Shown here piece by piece: positions 48,312 through 59,112 of a stretch of DNA of 64,000 nt. A program made the position numbers and the translations under genes. The notes under the pieces were generated by a model that did no database searches, was not told the DNA's origin, and was given only the letters and a program-made list of their open reading frames with translations. This stretch comes from an uncultured Clostridia bacterium (GTDB lineage Bacteria; Bacillota; Clostridia; TANB77; CAG-465), in the NCBI GenBank assembly GCA_934169925.1, contig CAKPOO010000002.1, forward strand, positions 141,269-205,268, given 5' to 3'. The stretch's first letter is position 1, and each line of letters begins with the position of its first letter.

Positions 48312-48435
48312 TGCAAAAGATAAAATTGTAATATACAAAAGATAAAATTTAAAATTTTGACAAAAGAAAAAATGTATATTTTATACATAAAGAACAAAAG
48401 AAAAAGATTATTAAAAGTACAAAAGATAAAAATTT
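48312..48435 (+). repeat. Five imperfect direct repeats CAAAAGA(T/A)AAAA(T) in the 160-bp mraZ-rsmH spacer, plus a 7-bp palindrome atgtata-ttt-tatacat (48372-48388).
   Basis: Repeat copies start at about 48314, 48336, 48361, 48395 and 48420. Confidence 0.4.
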
Positions 48436-48462
48436 AAATATTTATAAATTAATGGAGATAAC

Positions 48463-49398
48463 ATGGAATTTAAACATAAATCAGTACTTTTAAATGAGTG
48501 CATAGAAAATTTAAATATAAAAGAAAATGGAATATATGTTGATGGTACTTTAGGTGGTGCTGGACATTCATATTATATATTAAAAAAATTAAATAATACT
48601 GGAATGTTAATTGGCATAGATAGAGATACTGATGCATTAAAAGCAGCAAGCGAAAAGCTAAAGGAGTTTAGTAATGTAAAATATGTTCACGATAATCATG
48701 ATAATATTGCAAAAATATTAAATGAATTAAATATAGAAAAAGTAGATGGAATTTTACTAGACTTAGGAGTTTCTTCTTATCAATTAGATGAAGCAAGTAG
48801 AGGTTTTAGCTACATGAATGATGCAAAACTTGATATGAGAATGAATAAGGAAGATCCAATTAGTGCATATGATGTTGTAAATGGATACTCTGAAGAAAAA
48901 CTTGCTAAAATATTTTTTGAATATGGTGAAGAAAGATACTCTAGAGCTATTGCAAAGAAAATTTGTAAAGCAAGAGAAGAAAAAAAGATAGAAACAACAT
49001 TTGAACTTGTTGATGTTATAAAACAAGCGATTCCTAAAAAAGCATTAAGAGAAAAGCAACATCCTGCAAAAAGAGTTTTTCAAGCAATAAGAATTGAAGT
49101 AAATGGGGAATTGATTAGACTAAAAAATACAGTAATTGATTCAATTAATTCTTTAAATGATGGTGGTAGGCTTTGTATTATTACATTTCATTCATTAGAA
49201 GATAAAATTGTAAAACATGCATACGAACAAATGCAAGGAAAATGTACTTGCCCAAAAGATTTTCCAGTGTGTGTATGTGGATATAAATCATATGGTAAAA
49301 TAATTACAAAAAAGCCAATTATATCAAATGAAAATGAATTAGAAGAAAATCCTAGAGCAAGAAGTGCAAAACTTAGGGTTTTTGAAAAGAAAATGTAA
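48463..49398 (+). CDS. rsmH: 16S rRNA (cytosine1402-N4)-methyltransferase RsmH (MraW).
   Basis: SAM-binding [14 protein letters not shown] and C-terminal [12 protein letters not shown]. Confidence 0.9.
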   Translation: MEFKHKSVLLNECIENLNIKENGIYVDGTLGGAGHSYYILKKLNNTGMLIGIDRDTDALKAASEKLKEFSNVKYVHDNHDNIAKILNELNIEKVDGILLDLGVSSYQLDEASRGFSYMNDAKLDMRMNKEDPISAYDVVNGYSEEKLAKIFFEYGEERYSRAIAKKICKAREEKKIETTFELVDVIKQAIPKKALREKQHPAKRVFQAIRIEVNGELIRLKNTVIDSINSLNDGGRLCIITFHSLEDKIVKHAYEQMQGKCTCPKDFPVCVCGYKSYGKIITKKPIISNENELEENPRARSAKLRVFEKKM

Positions 49399-49414
49399 AA
49401 AAGGGGGGATATAA

Positions 49415-49930
49415 GTGCTTTCTAATGTTTCATATAACGAATTTTATGAAGATGGTTCAACAGCAAAAAAATTAAAAACTTATGGAAAACCAGAAGAAAT
49501 AAAAAATAATAGAAGACTTGGAAAAAATAAAATCCAAAAAAATTCAAATAAAAAAAATGAACAAAAAAAAGCACTTAAAACTGTACGTGTAGTATCTTTA
49601 ACTCTTTGCATTTTTACCATGATGGTAGTTATAAGCTATAGATATAATCTAATTAATGAAAAAAATTTAAAATCAATAGGATTAAAATCTGAACTATCAT
49701 CAGTTGAGGCAAATTTACTAAAAGCTCAAATTTCAGTAGAACAAAGTACTAATTTAACTGAAATTGAATCATATGCAAAACAAAAATTAGGAATGCAAAA
49801 ACCTGATAAAAACCAAACAATATATGTTGATACTTCTGATTCTTTGTATTCTTCAAATACTACTTCTGAAACGTCAGGTATAGCTAATATTTTTAATAGT
49901 ATAAAAAATATGTTTAAGAAAATAATTTAA
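49415..49930 (+). CDS. ftsL: Cell division protein FtsL-like (single TM helix plus periplasmic coiled coil). GTG start.
   Basis: Position between rsmH and the PBP gene. TM helix VVSLTLCIFTMMVVISY, then a coiled coil. Confidence 0.5.
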   Translation: MLSNVSYNEFYEDGSTAKKLKTYGKPEEIKNNRRLGKNKIQKNSNKKNEQKKALKTVRVVSLTLCIFTMMVVISYRYNLINEKNLKSIGLKSELSSVEANLLKAQISVEQSTNLTEIESYAKQKLGMQKPDKNQTIYVDTSDSLYSSNTTSETSGIANIFNSIKNMFKKII

Positions 49931-50056
49931 AATAAAAGATATATTTTAGGAATAACCAAGAAAAATTTAAGTATTATTTTATTAGTAATATTAAATTATC
50001 TTGGTTTTTTTTTTTCTTTATGATATAATTTATTTGTAAAAAGAGGTGATATTTTT

Positions 50057-52243
50057 TTGGCAACATATATGAGCTTAAAAAATAAAAAAAGAATAATAGT
50101 AATAGTAATTGCATGTTCAATCGTTTTTGTAGCACTTATACTACAACTTGTGAATGTTCAAATTGTAAAGTATGATTATTATTCACAACTTGCATATAGT
50201 CAGCAAACTCGTGAAAGAACTGTTGAAGCAAAAAGAGGTACTATTTATGATTCTACTGGTAAAAAAGTTTTAGCTCAGAGTATAACTACTAATACGATAA
50301 AAGCAGTTCCTACGGGAATTGATAATGATAAAAAAGAAGAAATATCAAAAAAATTAGCTGAGATATTAGATATTTCTGAAGAAACAATTTTAAATAAACT
50401 AAAGAAAACAACCGCAAGTGTTGAACTTGCAAGTAAAGTTGATGATGAAAAAGCAAAAAAAGTTTTAGAATACTTAAATGAAAATAATATTACTGGAATT
50501 AGTATTGACGAAGATACAAAAAGAGTTTATCCATATGGTACTTTACTTTCACAAGTTTTAGGTTTTGTTGGTACTGATAATCAAGGCTTAAATGGTATTG
50601 AAGCATATTATGATGAAAGTCTTGCCGGTATAAATGGTAAAATTGTAGGTAGTACTGATGGTAAAGGTAGGGAAACACCTTTTACTAATGAACAATACGT
50701 TGAGGCTGTAAATGGTAAAGATTTAGTATTAACAGTTGATGCAACTATTCAATCTATTGTTGAAAAATATCTATCACAGGCTGTTAATGATAACTCTTGT
50801 GAATATGGAACAGCAGTTGTATTAAATCCTAAAACAGGAGAGGTTATTGCAATGGCAACTTATCCTACATATGATGCTAATGATCCTTTTACTATTAATT
50901 CAGAAAGTTTAAAAGCAAATTGGGATACATATTCTACAGAAGAGAAAAATTCATATTTACAAGCTATGTGGAGAAACAAAGCAATTTCTGATACTGCTGA
51001 ACCAGGTTCGACTTTTAAAATTGTAACAGCAGCTGCTGCTTTAGAAGAAAATATAACAAAGATGGATACACCAGGTGTTTTTAATTGTACAGGTACAATG
51101 TTAGTTGACACTTGGAAAATAAAATGTTGGAGATATTATAACCCTCATGGATCCGAGTCTTTAAGACAAGGAATTATGAATTCTTGTAATCCAGTTTTCA
51201 TGCAAGTTGGTCTAAAAATTGGAGTAAAAGATTATGTTAAATATTTAAAAGCATTTAATCTTTATTCAAGAACAGGTATTGATTTACCAGGTGAAGCTTT
51301 TGGAATAATGCATGATGAAAATGCTATGACAAATGTTGATCTTGCAACTACATCATTTGGTCAAACAATCTCTATAACTACTTTACAAACAGCTGTAAAT
51401 TACGCAGTTATTGCAAATGGTGGATATTTAGTTCAACCATACGTTGTAAAAGAAATAAAAAACGCAGATGGAAATTATGATCAAGTAACAGAGTCAAAAG
51501 TATTAAAACAAATAATTTCAACTGAAACTGCAAATTCAGTTTTAAGTGCACTTGAATCAACAGTTACAGAGGGTACAGGTAAAGGTGCTAAAGTAAATGG
51601 GTATAGAGTTGCAGGAAAAACAGCAACTGGTGAACAAGGAAGAGGAGAAAATACTAAATATTTAGCAGGTTTTGCTGCTATTGCTCCAGTAGATGATCCA
51701 CAACTTGTTATTGCATTTAATCTATACAATCCAGTTGGTGAAGCAGGTTATGGTGGTGCAACTTTATGTGCTCCAGCAGTTGGTTCTATTATTGATGAAT
51801 CTTTAAGATATTTAAATGTAGAACCAGATTATACTTTACAAGAAAATACAATATCAGAAACTGTAATACCAAGTGTTTCTGGAAAGACTTATGAAGAAGC
51901 TCAAAAAATATTAGAAGAAAAAGGATTTAAAATTGCAAAAGGAAATGAATTTTCAAATGATTCTGTTGTTGTAGAGCAAATACCAAAAAGTGGTGCTTCA
52001 TTAATGAGTGATAGTGTAGTGTATGTGTACTCAAATAGCACTGATGCAAAACAGTCTACAACAATAAAAGATGTTAGAAACTTAAATATGCAAACTGCTA
52101 TAAAAAGTTTGCAATCCCAAGGAATAAATGTAAGGATTATGGGAGAGGGATATGTCTTATCACAAGATCCGTCCCCTGGGTCTACACTTGATAAGGGTTC
52201 TATAGTAACCTTAAAATGTATAGATACTACAGAATTACCTTAA
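50057..52243 (+). CDS. spoVD: Class B penicillin-binding protein (FtsI/SpoVD family) with two C-terminal PASTA domains. TTG start 6 nt after the GAGGTGA RBS.
   Basis: Transpeptidase motifs STFK (…GSTFKIVTAAAAL), SCN (MNSCNP) and KTG (AGKTATGE). Two PASTA repeats near the C terminus. Confidence 0.8.
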   Translation: MATYMSLKNKKRIIVIVIACSIVFVALILQLVNVQIVKYDYYSQLAYSQQTRERTVEAKRGTIYDSTGKKVLAQSITTNTIKAVPTGIDNDKKEEISKKLAEILDISEETILNKLKKTTASVELASKVDDEKAKKVLEYLNENNITGISIDEDTKRVYPYGTLLSQVLGFVGTDNQGLNGIEAYYDESLAGINGKIVGSTDGKGRETPFTNEQYVEAVNGKDLVLTVDATIQSIVEKYLSQAVNDNSCEYGTAVVLNPKTGEVIAMATYPTYDANDPFTINSESLKANWDTYSTEEKNSYLQAMWRNKAISDTAEPGSTFKIVTAAAALEENITKMDTPGVFNCTGTMLVDTWKIKCWRYYNPHGSESLRQGIMNSCNPVFMQVGLKIGVKDYVKYLKAFNLYSRTGIDLPGEAFGIMHDENAMTNVDLATTSFGQTISITTLQTAVNYAVIANGGYLVQPYVVKEIKNADGNYDQVTESKVLKQIISTETANSVLSALESTVTEGTGKGAKVNGYRVAGKTATGEQGRGENTKYLAGFAAIAPVDDPQLVIAFNLYNPVGEAGYGGATLCAPAVGSIIDESLRYLNVEPDYTLQENTISETVIPSVSGKTYEEAQKILEEKGFKIAKGNEFSNDSVVVEQIPKSGASLMSDSVVYVYSNSTDAKQSTTIKDVRNLNMQTAIKSLQSQGINVRIMGEGYVLSQDPSPGSTLDKGSIVTLKCIDTTELP

Positions 52244-52305
52244 TTTTAATACAAAATTTTGTTACATATTAATATGACTATATTATATAATTGGAGGAGT
52301 AAAAA

Positions 52306-53775
52306 ATGGTTTTACAATATTTATTAAGAGATTTAGAAAATTATGAAATTGATGGAGATAATAATGTTGAAATAAACAAAATTGAATATGATTCAAAAAA
52401 AATAGAAAAAAATGATATATTTGTAGCAATAAAGGGCTTTGAAGCTGATGGAAATGATTTTATTGTAGATGCAATTAAAAATGGTGCTGTTTGTGTTATT
52501 GTTGAAAAAAATGTTTCTATTTCAAATGTTGAAAATGTAACAATCGTTAAAGTTGAAAATACAAGAATTGCTCTTGCAAAAATGGCAGCTTCATACTACG
52601 ATTATCCAGCAAAAAAAATAAATATGATAGGGATTACTGGTACAAAAGGAAAAACAACAACTGCATATATGATAAGAGATATATTAAATGCATCTGGTAA
52701 GAAAACAGGTATGATAGGAACTGTATATAACACATATGGAAATGTTATGATTGAATCTAGCAGAACTTCACCAGAAAGTTTAGACTTACAAAAACTTTTA
52801 AAAGATATGGTAGATAGTGGTATGAAATATTGTGTTATGGAAGTAAGCTCTCATGCACTAGAATTACACAGAGTATATGGAATTCATTTTATAATCGGTG
52901 TGTTTACAAACTTATCAGAAGAACATTTAGATTTCCATGGTAATATGGATAATTACTTAAAAGCAAAAGCAAAACTTTTTGAAAATTGTGATTTTGCTCT
53001 TGTAAATTCAGATGACATATATACACCAAGATTATTAAAAATGATTAATTGTAAAGTTGCAAAATATGGACTTGATAATGATGCTAATTTAACATCTTCT
53101 GATGTTAGAGTAAATCCATCATATGTAGAATTTAAAATGTACATTAATAAAATGTTACAATCAATTGTTGTAAATATACCAGGTAGATTTACAGTGTACA
53201 ATGCACTTGCAGCAATTGGTGTTTCTAGTTTACTAAATGTGCAAATGGATGCAATATTACTTGCACTTGCAAATGTTAAAGTGCCAGGTAGATGTGAGGT
53301 AATAGACGTAAAAAAAACATTTACAGTTATGGTTGATTATGCTCATAATCCTTCAAGTTTAGAAGCAATATTAACTGCAATGAAAAAATCTTCAAAAGGT
53401 AGAGTTATTGTAGTATTTGGCTGTGGAGGAAATAGAGATACTTTAAAAAGAAGTGTTATGGGGGAAATAGCAGGAAGATTAGCTGATTTTACAGTTATTA
53501 CAACAGATAATCCTAGAAATGAGGATCCAAAAGTAATATGTTCTCAAATTGAAGAAGGCATTAAAAAGACAAATGGTCTTTACAAAATAATTGAAAATAG
53601 AAAACAAGCAATTGCATTTGCAATGAGAATTGCTTGGAAAAATGACCTAGTTATTATTGCTGGTAAAGGTCATGAAACATATCAAGAATTAAAAAATGGC
53701 AAAAAAATAAAATTTGATGAAAGAGAAGTTGTAAGAGAAATAGCAGCTTCTATGCCAGATAAAAATATAGAATAA
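52306..53775 (+). CDS. murE: UDP-N-acetylmuramoyl-L-alanyl-D-glutamate--2,6-diaminopimelate ligase MurE.
   Basis: GITGTKGKTTT P-loop and DNPRNEDP motif. Confidence 0.85.
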   Translation: MVLQYLLRDLENYEIDGDNNVEINKIEYDSKKIEKNDIFVAIKGFEADGNDFIVDAIKNGAVCVIVEKNVSISNVENVTIVKVENTRIALAKMAASYYDYPAKKINMIGITGTKGKTTTAYMIRDILNASGKKTGMIGTVYNTYGNVMIESSRTSPESLDLQKLLKDMVDSGMKYCVMEVSSHALELHRVYGIHFIIGVFTNLSEEHLDFHGNMDNYLKAKAKLFENCDFALVNSDDIYTPRLLKMINCKVAKYGLDNDANLTSSDVRVNPSYVEFKMYINKMLQSIVVNIPGRFTVYNALAAIGVSSLLNVQMDAILLALANVKVPGRCEVIDVKKTFTVMVDYAHNPSSLEAILTAMKKSSKGRVIVVFGCGGNRDTLKRSVMGEIAGRLADFTVITTDNPRNEDPKVICSQIEEGIKKTNGLYKIIENRKQAIAFAMRIAWKNDLVIIAGKGHETYQELKNGKKIKFDEREVVREIAASMPDKNIE

Positions 53776-53792
53776 AAAACAAGGAGAAAAAA

Positions 53793-54746
53793 ATGAACAC
53801 ACAAATGTTATATTTTATAATTTCATTTATTGCAACAGTAGTAGTTGGAATTATAGTACTTCCAATATTAAAAAAATTAAAAGTATCACAAACAGTAAGA
53901 ACAGATGGGCCAAAAACTCATTTAGTAAAAAATGGTACTCCAATAATGGGTGGACTTATGATGTTAATTGTAATTAGTATAGTACTAATAGTTAACTTAT
54001 TTACAGATAAAGTCATGGTTTTACCTTTGGTAGCTGTTTTAGGATTTGGAATAATTGGGTTTATTGATGATTTTATAAAGATGGTATTAAGAAGCTCAGA
54101 TGGATTATCACCAAAAAAGAAAATGCTTGGATTATTTATAGTTGTTGCTTTATTTATAGTACTATATTTAAATGTGTTTCATTTAGGTACAGATATTATA
54201 ATTCCATTTGTAGATCAACCAGTTAGTATGTCAGTTCCAGTATTTATAATATTTACTGCATTTATACTTCTTGGAACAAGTAATGCAATTAATTTAACTG
54301 ATGGACTAGATGGTTTAGCATCAGGTGTTGTAGCTATTATAATGACATTTTTTACAATAGCAGCTATAAGATTACAAGATACTCAAATGGTTATTTTTGG
54401 AGCAACTTGTGTTGGAACTTGCCTTGGATTTTTGGTATTTAATTTTCATCCTGCAAAAGTATTTATGGGAGATACAGGGTCTTTAGCATTAGGAGGAGCT
54501 GTAGCTGCAATAGCTATAATATTAAAAATGCCACTTTATCTTGCAGTTGTAGCTTTAATTCCTATTATAGATACACTTTCTGTAATATTACAAGTTACAT
54601 ATTTTAAGATAACAAAAGGTAAAAGAATTTTTAAAATGGCTCCTTTTCATCACCATCTAGAATTAAGTGGAATGAAAGAAACAAATGTTGTGATTTTATT
54701 TTGGGCAATAACATTTGTATGTTGTGTTATAGCATATTTTATTTAA
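53793..54746 (+). CDS. mraY: Phospho-N-acetylmuramoyl-pentapeptide transferase MraY.
   Basis: Polytopic membrane protein with DDxxD-like DDFIKM and NLTDGLDGLA motifs. Confidence 0.9.
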   Translation: MNTQMLYFIISFIATVVVGIIVLPILKKLKVSQTVRTDGPKTHLVKNGTPIMGGLMMLIVISIVLIVNLFTDKVMVLPLVAVLGFGIIGFIDDFIKMVLRSSDGLSPKKKMLGLFIVVALFIVLYLNVFHLGTDIIIPFVDQPVSMSVPVFIIFTAFILLGTSNAINLTDGLDGLASGVVAIIMTFFTIAAIRLQDTQMVIFGATCVGTCLGFLVFNFHPAKVFMGDTGSLALGGAVAAIAIILKMPLYLAVVALIPIIDTLSVILQVTYFKITKGKRIFKMAPFHHHLELSGMKETNVVILFWAITFVCCVIAYFI

Positions 54747-54770
54747 AATTACAAAATAATAGAGGTTTAT

Positions 54771-55907
54771 ATGAAAAAAGTAAATTTGTTTTATAAAAAA
54801 GGCGACGATAAAATAACTCATATTGATTATGGAATGTTAATATCTGTAATAATGCTACTTTGTGTAGGACTGCTTATGGTATCTACTGCAAGTTCATATT
54901 ATGCACTAACAAATTACTCTGATAGTAATTATTTCTTTGTAAGACAATTGTTTTTTGCAGTTTTAGGAATAGTTTTTATGCTTTTTTTTGCAAATGTAAA
55001 TTATAAAAACTTAAAAAAAGCAAGTGGTTTGTTTTATATTATTTGTCTTGCATTACTTTTTGCTGTTGCAATACCTGGTGTTGGTTCAGTAAGAAATGGC
55101 GCAAGAAGATGGCTTGAAATAGGTGGTATATCGTTCCAACCATCAGAAATGATGAAATTTGCTTTGATACTTATTACATCAACTTATATAGCAAATAATT
55201 ACAAAAAAATGAATGGAATTAAATCATATATAGTACCTATACTTTATTTAATTGCTGTAATGATAGGTATGTTTTTGCAAAATCACATGAGTGGTATGTT
55301 AGTTATGATTGTAGCTTCTTTTTCAATAATATTTGTAAGTGGTATAAAAATTAATTGGAAGTATTTAATTATATTTGTGATTATTGGAATTGTTGCACTT
55401 ACAACTTTCATAATGTCTAGTGATTTTAGAAAGCAAAGAATTGTTGCATTTTTACATCCTGAAGAAGATGTAACAGGGGATAACTGGCAAGTTGCGCAAA
55501 GTTTATATGCTATTGGTTCGGGAGGAATTTTTGGTAGAGGGCTTGGTCAAAGTAGACAAAAATATTTGTGGCTTCCTGAAGCTCAAACTGACTTTATATT
55601 TTCAGTTTTAGGTGAAGAATTTGGAATATTTGGATCAGTTTTAGTATTGTTAATGTTTGCTTTTATGATATATAGGGGATTTATGATTGCAGTAAAATGC
55701 AATGATGCATTTGGCTCTATGGTTGTTACTGGAATAATGTCGGTACTTACATTCCAGATATGTGTAAATATAGCAGTTGTAACACACATAATGCCTGTTA
55801 CTGGTATGCCACTTCCATTTTTTAGTTATGGAGGAACTGCACTACTTATTAATTTGTGCGCTATTGGTATTATTCTTAGCGTATCTAGAAATTGTAAAAA
55901 AAGTTAG
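54771..55907 (+). CDS. ftsW: SEDS-family peptidoglycan glycosyltransferase (FtsW/SpoVE).
   Basis: 10-TM SEDS pattern (…WLEIGGISFQPSE…; PVTGMPLPFFSYGGTAL). Confidence 0.8.
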   Translation: MKKVNLFYKKGDDKITHIDYGMLISVIMLLCVGLLMVSTASSYYALTNYSDSNYFFVRQLFFAVLGIVFMLFFANVNYKNLKKASGLFYIICLALLFAVAIPGVGSVRNGARRWLEIGGISFQPSEMMKFALILITSTYIANNYKKMNGIKSYIVPILYLIAVMIGMFLQNHMSGMLVMIVASFSIIFVSGIKINWKYLIIFVIIGIVALTTFIMSSDFRKQRIVAFLHPEEDVTGDNWQVAQSLYAIGSGGIFGRGLGQSRQKYLWLPEAQTDFIFSVLGEEFGIFGSVLVLLMFAFMIYRGFMIAVKCNDAFGSMVVTGIMSVLTFQICVNIAVVTHIMPVTGMPLPFFSYGGTALLINLCAIGIILSVSRNCKKS

Positions 55908-55916
55908 GTGATATAA

Positions 55917-57035
55917 ATGAACGTACTATTTGCTTGTGCAGGAACAGGAGGGCATATAAATCCTGCAATTGCAATTGCAAAAATAATTTTAAAAAATAAT
56001 AAAGATACTAATATTTTATTTGTTGGGACTGAAAATGGTCTTGAAAATAAACTAGTAAAAAATGCAGGCTTTGAAATAAAGCATATAAGAACTGGGAAGA
56101 TAATAAGAGAATTTACTTTAAAGAACTTTTCTCAAATGTATAAAGCATATAAAGGAATTTCTGATGCAGAAAAAATAATAAAGGAATTTAAACCTAATTT
56201 TGTCGTAGGAACTGGTGGATATATTTGCGTACCTGTAATGTTTGCTGCAAAAAATAATAAAATTCCATATTTTTTACATGAAAGTAATGCTTTTCCAGGT
56301 GTTTCTGTAAAGCTTCTTGCAAATAAGGCAGAAAGTGTAATGGTAGGATTTGAAGCAGCAAAGGATAGATTAAAAAGAAAAGATAATGTATATTATACTG
56401 GTACACCAGCAAAATTTGATTCAAAAAGTTTCGATAAATTAGATAAATTAAAATGTAAAAAAGAGTTAAATTTAAATAATATTGATAAAAAGATTATATT
56501 TATAACTTGTGGAAGTCAAGGTGCTAAATATATTAATGAAGTAGTTATTGATATGGTTTGTAAATTAAAACCAAAAGATTACTTTGTAATTTTAGTAACG
56601 GGTGATAAAAACTATGAAGACATAAAGAAAAAAGTTGATGGATATAAAGTCGAAGATATAGAAAAATATTTAAAACTTGAAAAATTTGTTTTTGATATGG
56701 ATAAAATGTATAAAGCTGCTGACGTTTGTGTTACAAGGGCAGGCGCTATGACAATAACAGAACTTTGTATTACGGCAAAACCATCAATATTAATTCCACT
56801 TCCAACAGCTGCAGAAAATCATCAGTTTTATAACGCTAAAGTGTTAGAAGAAGTAAATGCAGCAAAAATATTAGAACAAAAAAATCTTAATAGTAATAGT
56901 TTAAATTCAACTATATTGGAGATTATAAAAGATGAAAATATTGAAAAAATGTCTATTAATGCAAGAAGTAAAATGATTGAAAATGTTGATGAAAAAATAT
57001 ACAATGTATTAGAAAAAGTAGTAAAAAATAAATAG
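55917..57035 (+). CDS. murG: UDP-N-acetylglucosamine--N-acetylmuramyl-(pentapeptide) pyrophosphoryl-undecaprenol GlcNAc transferase MurG.
   Basis: ACAGTGGHINPAIA N-terminal motif. GT-B fold length. Confidence 0.85.
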   Translation: MNVLFACAGTGGHINPAIAIAKIILKNNKDTNILFVGTENGLENKLVKNAGFEIKHIRTGKIIREFTLKNFSQMYKAYKGISDAEKIIKEFKPNFVVGTGGYICVPVMFAAKNNKIPYFLHESNAFPGVSVKLLANKAESVMVGFEAAKDRLKRKDNVYYTGTPAKFDSKSFDKLDKLKCKKELNLNNIDKKIIFITCGSQGAKYINEVVIDMVCKLKPKDYFVILVTGDKNYEDIKKKVDGYKVEDIEKYLKLEKFVFDMDKMYKAADVCVTRAGAMTITELCITAKPSILIPLPTAAENHQFYNAKVLEEVNAAKILEQKNLNSNSLNSTILEIIKDENIEKMSINARSKMIENVDEKIYNVLEKVVKNK

Positions 57036-57043
57036 GTGTTTTT

Positions 57044-57838
57044 ATGGATAAAAAAAATTATAAAGCAGGAAATGAAGTAAATAAGAAAAAATCAACTAAG
57101 AAACAAAAAAGAAAAAATAAGTTTTTAAAAATCTTTTTAATTACTATAATAATTTTATCAATTTTTGGTTTTGGAATATATTATTTACTTAATAATAGTT
57201 ATTTTAATTTAGAAAAAATTGAAGTTACAGGTTATGAAAATTATACTCCTGAGTTTGTAAAAGAAACTTTAGAAATTCAGTATGGAAATAATATTTTTAA
57301 AGAATGGTTTAAAGCATTAAAACATGAAAAGACATCACTTTCTTTTGCAAAAGAGATTGATATAAAATTTGTAATACCAAATACTTTAACTGTTAATATT
57401 TCTCCAAGAGAGTCAGCATATTTTGCGTATAATAGTGAAAATGGTAAATATTATTCTTTAGATAATGAGTATTACATTTTAGAGGAAGTTAATATAGAAG
57501 ATATAAAAGATGAGATTATAATACAATCAATTACTTTTGATGATAATGTTGTAATAGGTTCAAGATTAAATGAAATTGATATAAAAAAAATTGGTACTTT
57601 TCTTAATATAAAAAAAAGTTATGACGAAATGATTGGTTATGGTAAAGTAACAAAGGTTAATTTTGCTAATTCCTTGACAACCATTGTTATAAATGGTAAA
57701 CTAAATATAATTTTTCAAAATGATAATAATTTAGCGTATAATATGAGCTTTTTAAAAGGTATTTTAGAAAAATTAGAAGAAAATCCAGTTGGAACAATCG
57801 ATATGACAAAAACAAATCCAACATTTTCTTCATATTAA
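57044..57838 (+). CDS. divIB: Cell division protein FtsQ/DivIB (basic tail, TM helix, POTRA).
   Basis: K-rich N terminus, TM helix IFLITIIILSIFGFGIYYLL, then a POTRA-like domain. Conserved position after murG. Confidence 0.6.
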   Translation: MDKKNYKAGNEVNKKKSTKKQKRKNKFLKIFLITIIILSIFGFGIYYLLNNSYFNLEKIEVTGYENYTPEFVKETLEIQYGNNIFKEWFKALKHEKTSLSFAKEIDIKFVIPNTLTVNISPRESAYFAYNSENGKYYSLDNEYYILEEVNIEDIKDEIIIQSITFDDNVVIGSRLNEIDIKKIGTFLNIKKSYDEMIGYGKVTKVNFANSLTTIVINGKLNIIFQNDNNLAYNMSFLKGILEKLEENPVGTIDMTKTNPTFSSY

Positions 57839-57852
57839 GGAGGAAGTTAGAG

Positions 57853-58710
57853 TTGGAAGAAAAAACAGAAATTGAAAATGTTGTTAACTTAGATGAAAAT
57901 ATAGATAATATTGAAAGTAACAATAATAACGATAATAATGATAAAAGTAAAGATGAAAATAAAAAGAAAAATAAAAAATCTTTCAAAGAATTTTTCAAAA
58001 AATATTCTATAATGAATTATATTGCAATTGGTATTGCACTATACTTTTTAACAGTTTTGCTTATAGGTCAATTTAAAACTGTTAGTTATTCTGAAGAAAT
58101 TGTTCAAGGTAAAAGAGAAACTCAACTTTCAGAAGAACTAATTAATTTAAAATCAAAGTATGATGAATTAGAACAAAATTATAAAAAAGCACAAACAATA
58201 GTAGAAGAATATCAAAATAATGCATCAACTAATAATGAACTTATAACATCTATGAAAGAAAAAATTAATAATTATTCTCTTCTTGCAGGCGTTACTGATG
58301 TAAAAGGAGAAGGAATTGTAATTACTTTAACAGATGGAGCTCAAACTGTAGATTCTTCAAATGAAAATGTTTTAGTTCACGATAGTGATTTATTAACTGT
58401 TGTAAATGAATTAAGAGCTGCTGGAGCAGAAGCAATTTCTATAAATGATCAAAGAATTATATCTACATCTTCAATTAGATGTGTAGGTCCTGTAATACAA
58501 GTTAATTACCAAAAGGTTTCAACACCATTTGTAATAAAAGCTATTGGTAAATCTGAATATTTAGAAAGTGCAATGAATATAAAAAAAGGAGTTGTTGATC
58601 TTTTAAAAGGATATGGAGTAGGTGTTACAGTCGAAAGAAAATCTAATATTACAATTCCAAAATATGATGGAAATTTAAATTATACAACAGCTCAGTCTGT
58701 AAATGAGTAG
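57853..58710 (+). CDS. DUF881-family division-associated membrane protein (YlxW/YlxX-like).
   Basis: N-terminal TM helix, coiled coil, and the DUF881 core (…GEGIVITLTDG…VHDSDLLTVVNELRAAGAEAISINDQRI…). Confidence 0.6.
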   Translation: MEEKTEIENVVNLDENIDNIESNNNNDNNDKSKDENKKKNKKSFKEFFKKYSIMNYIAIGIALYFLTVLLIGQFKTVSYSEEIVQGKRETQLSEELINLKSKYDELEQNYKKAQTIVEEYQNNASTNNELITSMKEKINNYSLLAGVTDVKGEGIVITLTDGAQTVDSSNENVLVHDSDLLTVVNELRAAGAEAISINDQRIISTSSIRCVGPVIQVNYQKVSTPFVIKAIGKSEYLESAMNIKKGVVDLLKGYGVGVTVERKSNITIPKYDGNLNYTTAQSVNE

Positions 58711-58719
58711 GAGGTAGAA

Positions 58720-59082
58720 ATGTTAGCTGGAATTTTAATTTTAATAATTTGTGTTTTACTTGGTATATTAACAGGTCTTAATATAACAATTCCATATTCT
58801 TACTCACAGTATATTGCAGTTGCAATTTTAGCTTGTTTAGATTCAGTTTTTGGGGCATATACAGCAAATATAGGAAAAAAATTTAGTATAAGTGTATTTT
58901 TATCAGGTTTCTTTGGAAATGCTTTAATTGCAATATTTCTAGTATACCTTGGAGATAAACTAAACCTAGATTTGTATATTGCACCAATAATAGTATTTGG
59001 AAGTAGAATTTTAAATAACTTTGCAACATTAAGAAGAGCATTTATGGCAAAAATACAAGAAAATAAACCAAAAAATGTTTAA
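58720..59082 (+). CDS. sbp: Small basic membrane protein (Sbp-like).
   Basis: 120 aa, 3 TM segments. Position after the DUF881 gene, as in the B. subtilis divIB-ylxW-ylxX-sbp locus. Confidence 0.5.
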   Translation: MLAGILILIICVLLGILTGLNITIPYSYSQYIAVAILACLDSVFGAYTANIGKKFSISVFLSGFFGNALIAIFLVYLGDKLNLDLYIAPIIVFGSRILNNFATLRRAFMAKIQENKPKNV

Positions 59083-59112
59083 TAATATAACAAAAGAAGA
59101 GGAGAGATTAAG

